Positions 29,153 through 39,234 of a stretch of DNA of 64,000 nucleotides are shown one piece after another. The stretch covers positions 384,001 through 448,000 of the forward strand of contig CAXXMD010000003.1 in assembly GCA_963675755.2 (NCBI GenBank). Reading direction: 5' to 3'. Both the position numbers and the translations under genes were made by a program. Source of the DNA: a bacterium (GTDB lineage Bacteria; Zhuqueibacterota; Zhuqueibacteria; Residuimicrobiales; Krinioviventaceae). Under the pieces are notes generated by a model that was not told the DNA's origin, made no database searches, and was given only the letters and a program-made list of their open reading frames with translations. Numbering within the stretch: the stretch's first letter is position 1; each line of letters starts with the position of its first letter.

Positions 29153-30517
29153 TTACGCTTTTTTCAGGTTAACGGCATAGCTCAAACCAATATATAAAAT
29201 TTGAGCAATAAAATAACCTGGCAGCCATTTAAAAAACATATCCAGGGGAAGTATAAACACAATAATCAGCGTAGCAGCCCAGGTAACCAGAGCTGGCCAA
29301 CTGATAAACAACTTTTGGGTTTCAGCGCGATATTGCGGCAATCCCAATTTGGGGATGAGCCAATGCTCTGCAAAAACAACAGCGCCCATAGGCATGAGAA
29401 TCAATCCATACAGAGCTACAAAATCCAGCAAACGGGTAAATACCAATGGAAAACATGCAACCGCAGAGGTTACCAAACCCGCAACCAATGTCACTTTCCA
29501 GCGCTGCCAGTTGGGTGTAACCACCTGAAGCGCCAGTCCGGCCCGGTACATGGTAGGATTAGAAGTTGTCCAACCCGCGATAACTACAGCAACCGCACCA
29601 GAAAAACCGGCAGCAGCAAAAGCCATCATGCCGGGATTCATATCACGTGCAACAGCGGCAACCATAATTCCCGAACAAATCCAGGCCAAAAAGTGACCGG
29701 GGTACATGCCAAAAGCACTGTAAAAGCCGTATTTCCAGTTTTTAGCATATCGTAATGTAGCCATATCTGCAAGGCCTACATGCATAGCAAGATTGGCAAA
29801 CCAGGCAAAAAACAATACATGCCACATGGTATATTTCTGCTGACCGGGAGTAGGTACACCTGTCCAGATCTTGGTTTCAGCGATATGCCAGAAATCAGAA
29901 AGGCTGTGAATATGACCCAGACTGGGCAGTAATGCAAGAGCACCCGCAATAAAAATGGCAAACATCCAGGGAGAACAAACGGATGAAAACTTGCTCACTT
30001 TATCAAAACCCAGAATTGCAAACAAGGTTACTATGGCTCCAACAAACAATGTGATCACAACCCAACCAACACTGTTGGGTAAAACATCTGTTAGCGCTGG
30101 GGTAGGCACATTGAATGCTAGCCCCACCGCGCTTGCGGAAACAGAGATCATTGCCCCGGCTAGAACACAATACAAAAAGGCATTGATAATATTATAAATA
30201 ATTGTTACTCCGGGTCCGGCAACCTTTCGAAGATACCAGTATAATGTCAAACGGGTACGAACCGCAATAGGGGCAACAATAAAGCCCCAGGATAAAACAG
30301 CCAAAAGATTTCCAATAAGCAAACCAATAAACAGGTCTTTGGCCGCAACACCATGTATTACAAACATGGCACCAATTACAAACTCGGTTGCCGCAACATG
30401 TTCACCTGCAAACAGACCAATAAATCGGCCTGATCCATGCAGCTTGTCTTCAGTGACCGGTTGACGGTCAAATTCAAACAAGGCATCTAAACGTTTTGCT
30501 AATGTAGTTTTTTCCAT
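29153..30517 (-). CDS. NCS1 (purine-cytosine permease-like) transporter
   Basis: About 12 TMs; GEHVAATEFVIG, D(M)ATLRYA, AGWTTSNPTMYRAGL. Confidence 0.75.
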   Translation of the reverse strand: MEKTTLAKRLDALFEFDRQPVTEDKLHGSGRFIGLFAGEHVAATEFVIGAMFVIHGVAAKDLFIGLLIGNLLAVLSWGFIVAPIAVRTRLTLYWYLRKVAGPGVTIIYNIINAFLYCVLAGAMISVSASAVGLAFNVPTPALTDVLPNSVGWVVITLFVGAIVTLFAILGFDKVSKFSSVCSPWMFAIFIAGALALLPSLGHIHSLSDFWHIAETKIWTGVPTPGQQKYTMWHVLFFAWFANLAMHVGLADMATLRYAKNWKYGFYSAFGMYPGHFLAWICSGIMVAAVARDMNPGMMAFAAAGFSGAVAVVIAGWTTSNPTMYRAGLALQVVTPNWQRWKVTLVAGLVTSAVACFPLVFTRLLDFVALYGLILMPMGAVVFAEHWLIPKLGLPQYRAETQKLFISWPALVTWAATLIIVFILPLDMFFKWLPGYFIAQILYIGLSYAVNLKKA

Positions 30518-30542
30518 TCCCAACCTTTTTTTTAAATGTTAA

Positions 30543-31766
30543 CTACTGACGTTCTTTTTCAATCTTTTCCTGATATCCGCTTTCAACATATGCAGCAACA
30601 GGATCTAGCGGTAAATTATTTTCCAAACGTGCCGCGCCAACCAGAGGTCTTACATCGGCATTCATCATGGCATTATTGAATAAACGGTTTGCCAGAATAA
30701 TCTCATCTTTATCCTGAAATTTTGCCAGTGCATCACTGTCAACCAGCGCAGCTTTGGCCAAAGAGATCTGCAAAGAATCAATTGAATGCAAAATAGCGTG
30801 AATACGATTTTCACGACTGCTACATTGATCGATCATATAAGCCCAATTCTTTGAAGCATCAGAATTCACAACCACATTACCCGCAACCAGTTCATAAAAA
30901 ATACGCGCCATTTCACCATTGGGTTCAACAGAATGATCATCATCCGCTGCATAGCGTGTATTAAAATGAAATCCACATTTCATATCATCATTAATAAGGC
31001 GGGCAACAATCTGCTCAATATTGGTAGCATGTGCATGGTGGCCCAAATCTACCAGAACACCTGTATTACCACCGGCTTTTTTCGCCATCATGTAAGCGCT
31101 GCCCCAATCGGAAATAACTGTGCTATAAGTACCGGGTTCAAAAACTTTGTACTCGATAAGGATGGAAACATCATTGATCATTTTGGATCGCATCTCAACA
31201 ATACTGGCTTCAGCAAGGTCATAAGCTTTTCTTAACTCAACTTGTCCCGGGTAGGCAGAGCCATCAGAAACCCACAGAGTAACCAATTTGTCTCCATATT
31301 TCTCTGCTATTTCACCTGCCAATATAGTTTGGTTAATATATCTTTCACGGGTTTCCTTTTCAGTAGCGGAAAGACTGCCACGATACGAACCCCGTAAAAA
31401 ATAAGTTGGACTGATTGAACCAATGCGCAAACCTCGTGCCTTTGTTTCTTTTGCTATGTTCTCCGCTATTTTCATATCCGATTCCATACAATCATCGGAA
31501 AAATCCCACAACATGTGCATAGCAACCGAATCTGCAGCACCGGTTATTTTGTTAACCATTGCAGCATCGTCCAGTTTTTCTAAAATCGTTCTGCCAAACG
31601 CTGGTGGCATATAGTCGCCAAAACGTCCACCACCAAATTCTCCAAATATCCAGCTGGGTATCTCTATCCGAAAGCGGGCCACTTTATCTATCGCGTCTTT
31701 TACTCTTTCTTTGCCAAATTCGAGTTCTAACAGCTGAACTCCCAATGTTACTTGTTTTTCATTCAT
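30543..31766 (-). CDS. Xylose-isomerase-fold sugar isomerase of the RhaI (L-rhamnose isomerase) type, divergent
   Basis: IPSW..GGGRF, MHMLWD, LWVSDG, IEYKVFEP, DWG, VDLGHH, NIEQIVARL, GFHFNTRYAADDD, IDQ. Confidence 0.8.
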   Translation of the reverse strand: MNEKQVTLGVQLLELEFGKERVKDAIDKVARFRIEIPSWIFGEFGGGRFGDYMPPAFGRTILEKLDDAAMVNKITGAADSVAMHMLWDFSDDCMESDMKIAENIAKETKARGLRIGSISPTYFLRGSYRGSLSATEKETRERYINQTILAGEIAEKYGDKLVTLWVSDGSAYPGQVELRKAYDLAEASIVEMRSKMINDVSILIEYKVFEPGTYSTVISDWGSAYMMAKKAGGNTGVLVDLGHHAHATNIEQIVARLINDDMKCGFHFNTRYAADDDHSVEPNGEMARIFYELVAGNVVVNSDASKNWAYMIDQCSSRENRIHAILHSIDSLQISLAKAALVDSDALAKFQDKDEIILANRLFNNAMMNADVRPLVGAARLENNLPLDPVAAYVESGYQEKIEKERQ

Positions 31767-31802
31767 TTCAATTCCTGTTTTTTAATACATATTAAAATGT
31801 TG

Positions 31803-32828
31803 TTATAATTTTCTTTTTATACCAATATCATGGTATATTAATTTGGATTTGATGATTTTGTGGACCGGTTTCTTGTGTTTTACTGGATTGTCTATCAGAT
31901 CTACCATCATATCTACTGCCATGCTACCAATTTTATAAGGATACTGGTAAACAGTCAAAAAAGGAACACCCAAACGCGCTACAATATCATTATCACCAAA
32001 CTCGGTAATAGCAATATCATTGGGAATATTATACCCTGCATCCAGAATAGCCTTTCCCGCACCATATGCAATCATACCACCTACGCACATGACCGCATCA
32101 AACGGGATGTCTTTTTTGATAAATTCTTTGATACTGTTATAAGCATTTTTCTGGTCAATCTCACAAGGTATAACCAAATCCGGATCAAACCCTAATCCAT
32201 TTTCTTCCAGACCTTTTTGATAACCGGAATAGCGATTTTTTAAAACGGATATTCCACTGGTAGGTCCCAAATACAAGATTCGTTTTTTCCCGTCAGCAAC
32301 CAATTTTTCAATCACAATAACGGCTGCATGCTCATCATCAATAGTTACCGAATGAAAGCCCAATGTATCCAAAGAACGGTCATAAGAAACAAATGGAATT
32401 CCCATTTTTTGGGTGTCTTTAAGAATTCTATGATTGGCATTACCTGGAACGGCATCAATCAATATGCCGTCAACCGCCAGGGATGACAAAAACTCGAGGT
32501 TTTTCCGTTCATTCTCTGCATTCTCATCATTAACCATGATAATCGCTTCATACCCATATCGACGAACACGCTCATATATGCCTCGTGCACATTCTGAAAA
32601 AAAAGAAATTTGCAAATTGGGCACAATAACACCCAGCATAAATGTGCGTTTGCTTACCAGACTCCTTGCCATAATATTGGGGCGGTACCCCATTTTAGCG
32701 GCCAGGGCTTTAACTTTTTTTCGGGTTTCAATAGAGATATCATTGCTGTCACGGAGGGCTTTGGAAATAGTTGCAGGAGTTACATTTAATATTTGCGCAA
32801 GCTGTTTTAATGTGACTTTCTGTGACAT
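31803..32828 (-). CDS. LacI-family transcriptional regulator
   Basis: VTLKQLAQILNVTPATISKAL HTH, GYRPNIMARSL hinge, periplasmic-binding-protein-like core. Confidence 0.95.
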   Translation of the reverse strand: MSQKVTLKQLAQILNVTPATISKALRDSNDISIETRKKVKALAAKMGYRPNIMARSLVSKRTFMLGVIVPNLQISFFSECARGIYERVRRYGYEAIIMVNDENAENERKNLEFLSSLAVDGILIDAVPGNANHRILKDTQKMGIPFVSYDRSLDTLGFHSVTIDDEHAAVIVIEKLVADGKKRILYLGPTSGISVLKNRYSGYQKGLEENGLGFDPDLVIPCEIDQKNAYNSIKEFIKKDIPFDAVMCVGGMIAYGAGKAILDAGYNIPNDIAITEFGDNDIVARLGVPFLTVYQYPYKIGSMAVDMMVDLIDNPVKHKKPVHKIIKSKLIYHDIGIKRKL

Positions 32829-32904
32829 AGAATCTCTGAATTAAAAATAAAAATTTGTGATTTGATCATATTTTTCCCCCATTGCCAATTATTTTCAAAC
32901 AAAC

Positions 32905-32916
32905 TTAAACGTTTGC
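32905..32916. promoter_or_regulatory. Candidate LacI-type operator
   Basis: TTAAACGTTTGC (CG-centred AAACGTTT core) about 80 bp upstream of the LacI gene. Confidence 0.5.
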
Positions 32917-33077
32917 GATAAAACCAACAAAAACATAAACAAATTTGAGAAATTAGTCAAGTTTTTTTTATGTAAATCATTGATTAATTTTATTTTTTCT
33001 CTTGATTTCACCTGTTCAATTCTTTATCTTTTTGTCCAGTGACTGGCCCACCAAACAATTTAATGCAAGGAGTTGAC

Positions 33078-35069
33078 ATGGAACCTACCAAAACTTCTCT
33101 TCCGGAAAACGCGTACAGAACGCTGAAAGAGGGTGAAACCTATCAGCCTGTCGTTCCCGATGATAAACCCCTTCGGGAAATATCAGCCTATTCACTTATT
33201 TCCGGATTATTTTACGCTGCCCTGTTTTCAATGGCCGCTGCTTACCTGGGACTCAAAATCGGACAGGTGTTTGAAGCCGCTATTCCCATTGCTATTTTAG
33301 CTGTGGGTGCGTCCACTTTTTTCAAACGCAAAAACTCACTTTCCGAAAATGTCATGATCCAGTCTATTGGATCCGCATCAGGTGTTATCGTTGCCGGCGC
33401 CATTTTCACATTACCCGCCATTTATATTCTGGGATTGGAAGCTTCCTTTTTTCAGATATTTTTCGCGTCACTGTTTGGCGGATTTCTGGGCATTCTTTTT
33501 CTCATTCCCTTTCGCAAGTATTTCGTGCAAGATATGCACGGACAGTTTCCTTTTCCTGAAGCAACCGCAACCACCGAAGTATTGATCGCCGGAGAAGCCG
33601 GTGGCGATCAGGCCAAAATTCTGCTTAAAGCTATGGCCATTGGTGGTATTTACGACTTTATAATCAGCAAATTCTACTGGTGGAGTGAAGTGTTTGAAAG
33701 CCGTGCGATACCATTTCTCACCGGTCTTGCCGATAACCTTAAACTTGTCTTTCGTCTCAATGTAGGCGCAGCAGTTATGGGTTTGGGATACATTATTGGC
33801 TTGAAATATTCTGCTATTATTGCGGCAGGATCTTTTCTCTCATGGTTTGTATTCATACCGGTGGTTTACTATTTTGGTCAGCATGCACCTGCAATTATTG
33901 GCAGTACCGCTTCTGACCTCATTGCAAACATGTCTGCCGAACAGATTTTTTCCGAATATGTTCGTCATATCGGTATTGGCGGCATTGCCTGTGCCGGAAT
34001 TCTGGGAATCATCAAATCTTCAAGCATCATTGGCGGCGCGCTCAAACTAGCATGGAAAGAAATGACCGGTGGCAGAAAAGGCGGAAAAGCCACTACTTCC
34101 CGAATGGGTAAAGATATCCCCATGGGGCTTGTAGGATTATTAACCGTTTTAACCGCTATTTTTATCTTTGTATTTTTTGCCGTAGGTGTTGTAAGCAACA
34201 TCTGGCATGCGGTTGTAGGTATTCTCATCGTAATGATCATTGCATTCCTGTTCACTACTGTGGCGGCACGGGCCATCGCCATTGTGGGAACCAACCCTGT
34301 TTCCGGTATGACATTGATGACCCTGATCCTTTCATCCTTTATCCTTGTCAAAGTCGGACTTACCGGAACCACCGGAATGCTCTCGGCACTGATCATAGGT
34401 GGCGTTGTTTGTACAGCATTGTCCATGTCTGGTGCCTTTGTAACAGATTTAAAGATCGGTTACTGGCTGGGAACCACTCCTATCACCCAACAGAAATATA
34501 AATTTCTGGGCACCCTGGTTGCCGCGGCATCAGTCGGATTTGTAATCATGATGCTGAACGAAACTTATGGATTCGTGGGCGAAGGCGCTCTGGTAGCTCC
34601 ACAAGCAAACGCCATGGCTGCTGTCATTAAACCGCTCATGTCTAACCAGCCCGCTCCCTGGATGCTCTATATCACTGGTGCTATTTTTGCCCTGCTGTTA
34701 GAGATGGTTGGCGTTCCCCCGCTGGCTTTTGCGCTTGGCATGTACATACCACAAGACTTTAATACTCCAATTTTGGCTGGTGGTTTAATCTCTTATTTTG
34801 TACTGAAAAGCAGCAAAGTTGAAGCGGTTATCAACAAACGTCGCGAACGCGGTACCCTCATCGCTTCCGGTTTCATTGCCGGTGGAGCTATTATGGGTGT
34901 ATTGGCCGCATTCATGAAATATGTGGGATTCGATGAAATCCCCTGGGTACAGCCCATTTTAACAGAACACTGGGCCGAAAGCCACGGTGGAGAACTGTTG
35001 GCACTGGCATTTTTCCTTTTGCTCAGTTTCTATTTGTACTGGGACGCTAAACGAGTTAAAGAAGATTAA
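33078..35069 (+). CDS. OPT-family oligopeptide transporter
   Basis: AYLGLKIGQVFEAAIP, ENVMIQSIG, FPEATAT, NPVSGMTL, DLKIGYWLG, APQANAMA; ATG at 33078 after AGGAG. Confidence 0.93.
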   Translation: MEPTKTSLPENAYRTLKEGETYQPVVPDDKPLREISAYSLISGLFYAALFSMAAAYLGLKIGQVFEAAIPIAILAVGASTFFKRKNSLSENVMIQSIGSASGVIVAGAIFTLPAIYILGLEASFFQIFFASLFGGFLGILFLIPFRKYFVQDMHGQFPFPEATATTEVLIAGEAGGDQAKILLKAMAIGGIYDFIISKFYWWSEVFESRAIPFLTGLADNLKLVFRLNVGAAVMGLGYIIGLKYSAIIAAGSFLSWFVFIPVVYYFGQHAPAIIGSTASDLIANMSAEQIFSEYVRHIGIGGIACAGILGIIKSSSIIGGALKLAWKEMTGGRKGGKATTSRMGKDIPMGLVGLLTVLTAIFIFVFFAVGVVSNIWHAVVGILIVMIIAFLFTTVAARAIAIVGTNPVSGMTLMTLILSSFILVKVGLTGTTGMLSALIIGGVVCTALSMSGAFVTDLKIGYWLGTTPITQQKYKFLGTLVAAASVGFVIMMLNETYGFVGEGALVAPQANAMAAVIKPLMSNQPAPWMLYITGAIFALLLEMVGVPPLAFALGMYIPQDFNTPILAGGLISYFVLKSSKVEAVINKRRERGTLIASGFIAGGAIMGVLAAFMKYVGFDEIPWVQPILTEHWAESHGGELLALAFFLLLSFYLYWDAKRVKED

Positions 35070-35072
35070 TTC

Positions 35073-35097
35073 AAGCCGGGGTAACCCGGCTTTTTTT
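35073..35097 (+). terminator. Rho-independent terminator
   Basis: AAGCCGGG-GTAA-CCCGGCTT followed by a T run. Confidence 0.85.
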
Positions 35098-35112
35098 ATT
35101 ATCGGGACTTTA

Positions 35113-36195
35113 ATGAACTGGGTATACTATATCACCGGGCATGGGTATGGACATATAGTCCGGTCTGTGGAAATAATTAAATCTATATGTAAATTTGATC
35201 CAATGGCAACAGTACACATTCGCACAACGGCTTTCGAGTGGTTGTTCTCGGATGTTCTGGGGGAAACGGTCTTTTTACATAAAAGCAAACTGGATATTGG
35301 CGTACTACAGAAAAACAGTTTTACTGTGGACAAGCCAGCCACCTTGAAAGCAAACCAGGAACTATTACAAAACAAAAAAATCCTGATAGACATTGAATTT
35401 AATTTTTTACAGCAAAACCAAATCGATATTGCTCTGGCAGATATCCCCCCACTTGCATTCGAGATTGCCGAAAAGGCAAATATTCCATGTTATGCGGTTG
35501 GCAATTTTTCATGGGACTGGATCTATAGTGATTTTGTGGACGAACTCCCGTCGTTTCGCGAGATCATCAAAGATATTAAAAACGCTTATAGCAAGGCAAC
35601 CTGCTTGTTTCAACTCCCCTTTAGCGGGGACATGTCCGTTTTCCCCAAAAGTATTTCTACACCCCTGGTAGCCAGAAAAGCCCAAATTTCAAAACAGGAA
35701 GCGAGAAAAATACTCGGGCTGCATGACTCGGATACACTGGTTTTGATCGCCCTGCGCAGTCAGGACATTGAGCAGGTCAATTGGAACAATGTGGGTAGAT
35801 TGAAAAACTATAAATTCCTGATATCATCCAAACGGATCGACCAACCCAATTTCATACATATCCCGGAAGGTACGCTATCATTCACAGACATTTTGAATGC
35901 CTGCGATATGGTGGTATCCAAACCCGGATACAGTTTACTTTCAGAGTGTATTGCCAATCAAATCCCCATACTTTATATCCCCAGGCAGCATTTTATTGAA
36001 GATGTTCCCCTTATCCGGGCGCTCAAACAGGATTTTAAAAGCCAGGAGCTGGATTACTCATCATTCATCAAGGGTGACTGGCAGGCCGATCTTGATCAAT
36101 TACTCCATTGTGATAAAAAGTGGAAATCAATTCGGAATGATGGCGCGGATTTTATTATTAAAGAGGTTCTAAAAGGCAAAAGGCGCCCTGCCTGA
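35113..36195 (+). CDS. GT-B fold protein resembling the N-terminal domain of plant L-arabinokinase (GT28-like)
   Basis: YYITGHGYGHIVR, GNFSWDWIY, VVSKPGYSLLSEC; start moved to the ATG at 35113. Confidence 0.75.
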   Translation: MNWVYYITGHGYGHIVRSVEIIKSICKFDPMATVHIRTTAFEWLFSDVLGETVFLHKSKLDIGVLQKNSFTVDKPATLKANQELLQNKKILIDIEFNFLQQNQIDIALADIPPLAFEIAEKANIPCYAVGNFSWDWIYSDFVDELPSFREIIKDIKNAYSKATCLFQLPFSGDMSVFPKSISTPLVARKAQISKQEARKILGLHDSDTLVLIALRSQDIEQVNWNNVGRLKNYKFLISSKRIDQPNFIHIPEGTLSFTDILNACDMVVSKPGYSLLSECIANQIPILYIPRQHFIEDVPLIRALKQDFKSQELDYSSFIKGDWQADLDQLLHCDKKWKSIRNDGADFIIKEVLKGKRRPA

Positions 36196-36210
36196 TCTCA
36201 GAGCGCCTTT
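36178..36210. terminator. Probable bidirectional terminator between convergent genes
   Basis: AAAAGGCGC...GCGCCTTT inverted repeat. Confidence 0.6.
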
Positions 36211-36247
36211 ATTACCGGAGTGTGTGTGGAGTTGTCTGTGTTACATT

Positions 36248-36637
36248 TTACATACTGGCAATCAATCTGTTCTCAAGCATGTTGATTGCACCATTTAAAA
36301 CTGTGCGTACTGTCTGACGGTTTTCTACATCCAGACAGTCCCGTAATGCGGATACTGTATATTCATCACCTACGCGGGTGAGTGCTACAATCGCTACAAT
36401 GCGTGCTGCGTAATTATCTTCATTCTGTGCCATATCAATCAGACGGTCCTGAACTTCCCGGCATCCATCGTCGGCCAGATGCATAACGGCATCTGCTCTT
36501 TTTTCAACCTTTGTATGATCGAGGTTCTTTAAATATTTACCTTCACAAACATGATCGCTATTGGGTAAATTTGTAAAAGAAAAAGCCATACCACTCAGGA
36601 AAAGTATTACAATAGATATACAAACCAGATTTTTCAC
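36248..36637 (-). CDS. Small secreted HEAT-repeat protein
   Basis: Signal peptide ending AFS; helical repeats (RADAVMHLA; ARIVAIVALTRVG; VRTVLNGAI); GTG start after GGAGG. Confidence 0.7.
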   Translation of the reverse strand: MKNLVCISIVILFLSGMAFSFTNLPNSDHVCEGKYLKNLDHTKVEKRADAVMHLADDGCREVQDRLIDMAQNEDNYAARIVAIVALTRVGDEYTVSALRDCLDVENRQTVRTVLNGAINMLENRLIASM

Positions 36638-36680
36638 GATGACCTCCATTTAATTGTTCTTGTTTTATGCTTCTCCTTAC

Positions 36681-36695
36681 GCAAGGTATATGCCA
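36681..36695 (-). promoter_or_regulatory. Sigma54 -24/-12 promoter for the HEAT-repeat gene
   Basis: Minus strand TGGCATATACCTTGC = GG-N10-GC, near consensus. Confidence 0.85.
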
Positions 36696-36841
36696 TAAAA
36701 TTGTTAACAATTGTTAAAAATGAAATTGCACCACAAACCCATAATTAACAATATATTAGACAATCAAAATGAATTAGTATTCAAACACGGAAATGTAATT
36801 GGTACCTTTTAAAGCACTTTGAACTGGTACACAACCCCCAC

Positions 36842-36860
36842 CTGGTACGTTTCGTACCAG
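36842..36860. promoter_or_regulatory. Enhancer (UAS) palindrome
   Basis: CTGGTACG-TTT-CGTACCAG, perfect 8-3-8 repeat; additional TGGTAC half-sites at 36800 and 36825. Confidence 0.72.
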
Positions 36861-36861
36861 T

Positions 36862-38400
36862 CTAGATCTCGATATTATATTTTTGGATTTTCTCACGAAG
36901 GGTTTTGCGGGCAATCCCCAATATTCTTGCAGCCGCGCTTTTGTTATTTTCTACCTGCTTTAAAACAGAAATAATGTGATCACGCTCCAGCGCATCCAGC
37001 GACAATTCAGATTTCTTTTCAACTTTGGGATGTCCGTTTTTACCGCTATTCGGCATATAATTGAGTGTCACAATATCATACTGGCCCATAATTACTGCCC
37101 GTTCAATGATGTTTCTTAATTCGCGTACATTCCCGGGGAAATGATAACCTTGCATCCAGTCAACCACTGACGGATCAAAGCCCTTGACCGACTTTTGATA
37201 TCGCTCATTAAACATGCGCAAAAAATTATTTGCGAGCAGCAGAATATCATCCCCTCTTTCCCGCAATGGCGGAATTTCAATTTGAAACACGTTGATACGG
37301 TAAAACAAGTCTTCTCTAAATTCTCCATTTTGCATTGCGGAAGACAGGTTTTTATTGGTTGCGGCAATCAACCGAACATCCGAATAGGTATTATCGTTAC
37401 TGCCAATACGTTGAAACTGACCATCCTGCAAGACCCGTAGCAGCTTGGCTTGCACATGCAGGTTCATATCTCCAATCTCATCCAGAAACAGTGTAGAATC
37501 GTTTGCAAATTCAAACTTGCCCTTTTTGGCAGCAATTGCTCCGGTAAACGCCCCTTTTTCGTGCCCGAACAATTCGCTTTCAACCAGATTGTCTGGCATG
37601 GCAGCACAATTCATGGTAACAAGAGGTTTTGTTGCACGTCTGCTCTGCATATGTATTGATCGCGCAACCAGTTCCTTACCGGTACCGCTTTCACCGGTAA
37701 TTAGCACCGGTACTTTTTCAGCGGCAATTCTACTGATCATTTCTTTGACCCGAATTATCTCCGACGAGTGCCCCAAAAGCTCATCGTAATCATCTTTGGC
37801 CTTTACCCGTATATAGGGATGAAAAACCTGAACGGTTTCATCCTGCACAGGATTTTCAGAGTTTACTACATGATCTTTAACATAAACCGTTTGACGTAAT
37901 GACAGATTATCAAATTGAACACCAATGTGACTGGTTAAAATCCGCATCAGATCAATGAGCTCAACCGTATACTCTCTTCCTGACCGTGGTTTCCCCAGTC
38001 CCAATACGCCAATAAACCGATCTTTAACAAAGAACGGAATCCGTAATTCACAATACTCAATCTGATCGGGATCATAAAGCATGATAAATGTATCGCTGTG
38101 ATTTTCTGGTGCCGCTAATACTTCACCACCTTTTGCAATAGCAGCTGCAACATCAACACAACGGTTCATTGCCGGGGGATTGCTTCTTTCAAAACAGCAT
38201 CCAAGATATTTATCCAGAACCAAATCACCTGAGCTGCTTTCAAACAGTGTTATGGAAACATAATCAGGCTGTACATGTTTTTCAATAAATTCCAGAGTAA
38301 ACTGGGCCAATCCATCAAAATCACCCAACTTGCCAACACTGTCCGCAAATTCAGCCAGCCTTGCAATCAATTCCGAGGTATTCAAATCCTGTTGGTGCAT
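36862..38400 (-). CDS. Sigma54 enhancer-binding protein with N-terminal GAF-like domain (one-component)
   Basis: GAF-like LRIPFFVKDRFIGVLGL; GESGTGKE; ESELFGHEKGAFTGA; FPGNVRELRN; HTH AARILGIARKTL. Start at the ATG at 38400 after AAGGA. Confidence 0.92.
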   Translation of the reverse strand: MHQQDLNTSELIARLAEFADSVGKLGDFDGLAQFTLEFIEKHVQPDYVSITLFESSSGDLVLDKYLGCCFERSNPPAMNRCVDVAAAIAKGGEVLAAPENHSDTFIMLYDPDQIEYCELRIPFFVKDRFIGVLGLGKPRSGREYTVELIDLMRILTSHIGVQFDNLSLRQTVYVKDHVVNSENPVQDETVQVFHPYIRVKAKDDYDELLGHSSEIIRVKEMISRIAAEKVPVLITGESGTGKELVARSIHMQSRRATKPLVTMNCAAMPDNLVESELFGHEKGAFTGAIAAKKGKFEFANDSTLFLDEIGDMNLHVQAKLLRVLQDGQFQRIGSNDNTYSDVRLIAATNKNLSSAMQNGEFREDLFYRINVFQIEIPPLRERGDDILLLANNFLRMFNERYQKSVKGFDPSVVDWMQGYHFPGNVRELRNIIERAVIMGQYDIVTLNYMPNSGKNGHPKVEKKSELSLDALERDHIISVLKQVENNKSAAARILGIARKTLREKIQKYNIEI

Positions 38401-38407
38401 ATATTCC

Positions 38408-39232
38408 TTACAATTTAGATCCACAAAACTTGCAATAAACAGCATCCCATTCATGCCCTTCAGCACTACAAGACGGGCACGACTGGGTAGATACTTTGGC
38501 TCCGGCAATTTGTGTCATTTCCGCAGTAACAATACCGGTAGGCACCGCAATAATCGCATAACCTAAAATCATAATCACTGCCGCCAGTGCCTGCCCCAGA
38601 TTGGTCTGCGGAGCTATATCTCCATATCCCACAGTTGTGAGGGTAACAATAGCCCAGTAAATACTTTTGGGTATACTGGTGAACCCATTCTTTTCGCCTT
38701 CTATTATATAAATGAGCGAACCCAGAATAATTACAAGGGTCAATACGGTAAACAAAAACACAATAATTTTGCGTTTGCTTGCACGCAAAGCTTTCATTAA
38801 TTGCCTTGCCTCACGCAGATATTGAACAAATTTTAATACCCTGAAAATCCTCAAAACACGTAAAATCCGGATGACCAGAAAATACTGACTGCCGGGCAAT
38901 ATTAAACTGAGATACGTAGGCAGGATTGCCAGCAAATCAATAACGCCAAAAAAACTCTTTGCGTATGCCCAGGGTCTTTTTACACTGACAATACGCACCA
39001 GGTACTCTATGGTAAACAAAATCGTAAAAAACCATTCCAGCATAAAAAACTGTTTACCAAACATGGCCCTGAACGATGATACACTGTCCAGCATGACCAC
39101 AAGCACACTGGCAAGAATACATACAATTAACGCAATATCAAACAACTTGCCTGCGGTTGTGTCTGCCTCAAAAATAATCTCGTGCAGCCGGGACCTTGCA
39201 CGCCCTCCTTGCGCCTTTCCAAAATAATCCAC
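38408..39232 (-). CDS. 6TM voltage-gated potassium channel-like ion transporter with C-terminal Cys4 ribbon
   Basis: S4 IRILRVLRIFRVLK, selectivity filter TTVGYGD, CPSC...CKFCG. Confidence 0.93.
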   Translation of the reverse strand: MDYFGKAQGGRARSRLHEIIFEADTTAGKLFDIALIVCILASVLVVMLDSVSSFRAMFGKQFFMLEWFFTILFTIEYLVRIVSVKRPWAYAKSFFGVIDLLAILPTYLSLILPGSQYFLVIRILRVLRIFRVLKFVQYLREARQLMKALRASKRKIIVFLFTVLTLVIILGSLIYIIEGEKNGFTSIPKSIYWAIVTLTTVGYGDIAPQTNLGQALAAVIMILGYAIIAVPTGIVTAEMTQIAGAKVSTQSCPSCSAEGHEWDAVYCKFCGSKL

Positions 39233-39234
39233 AA

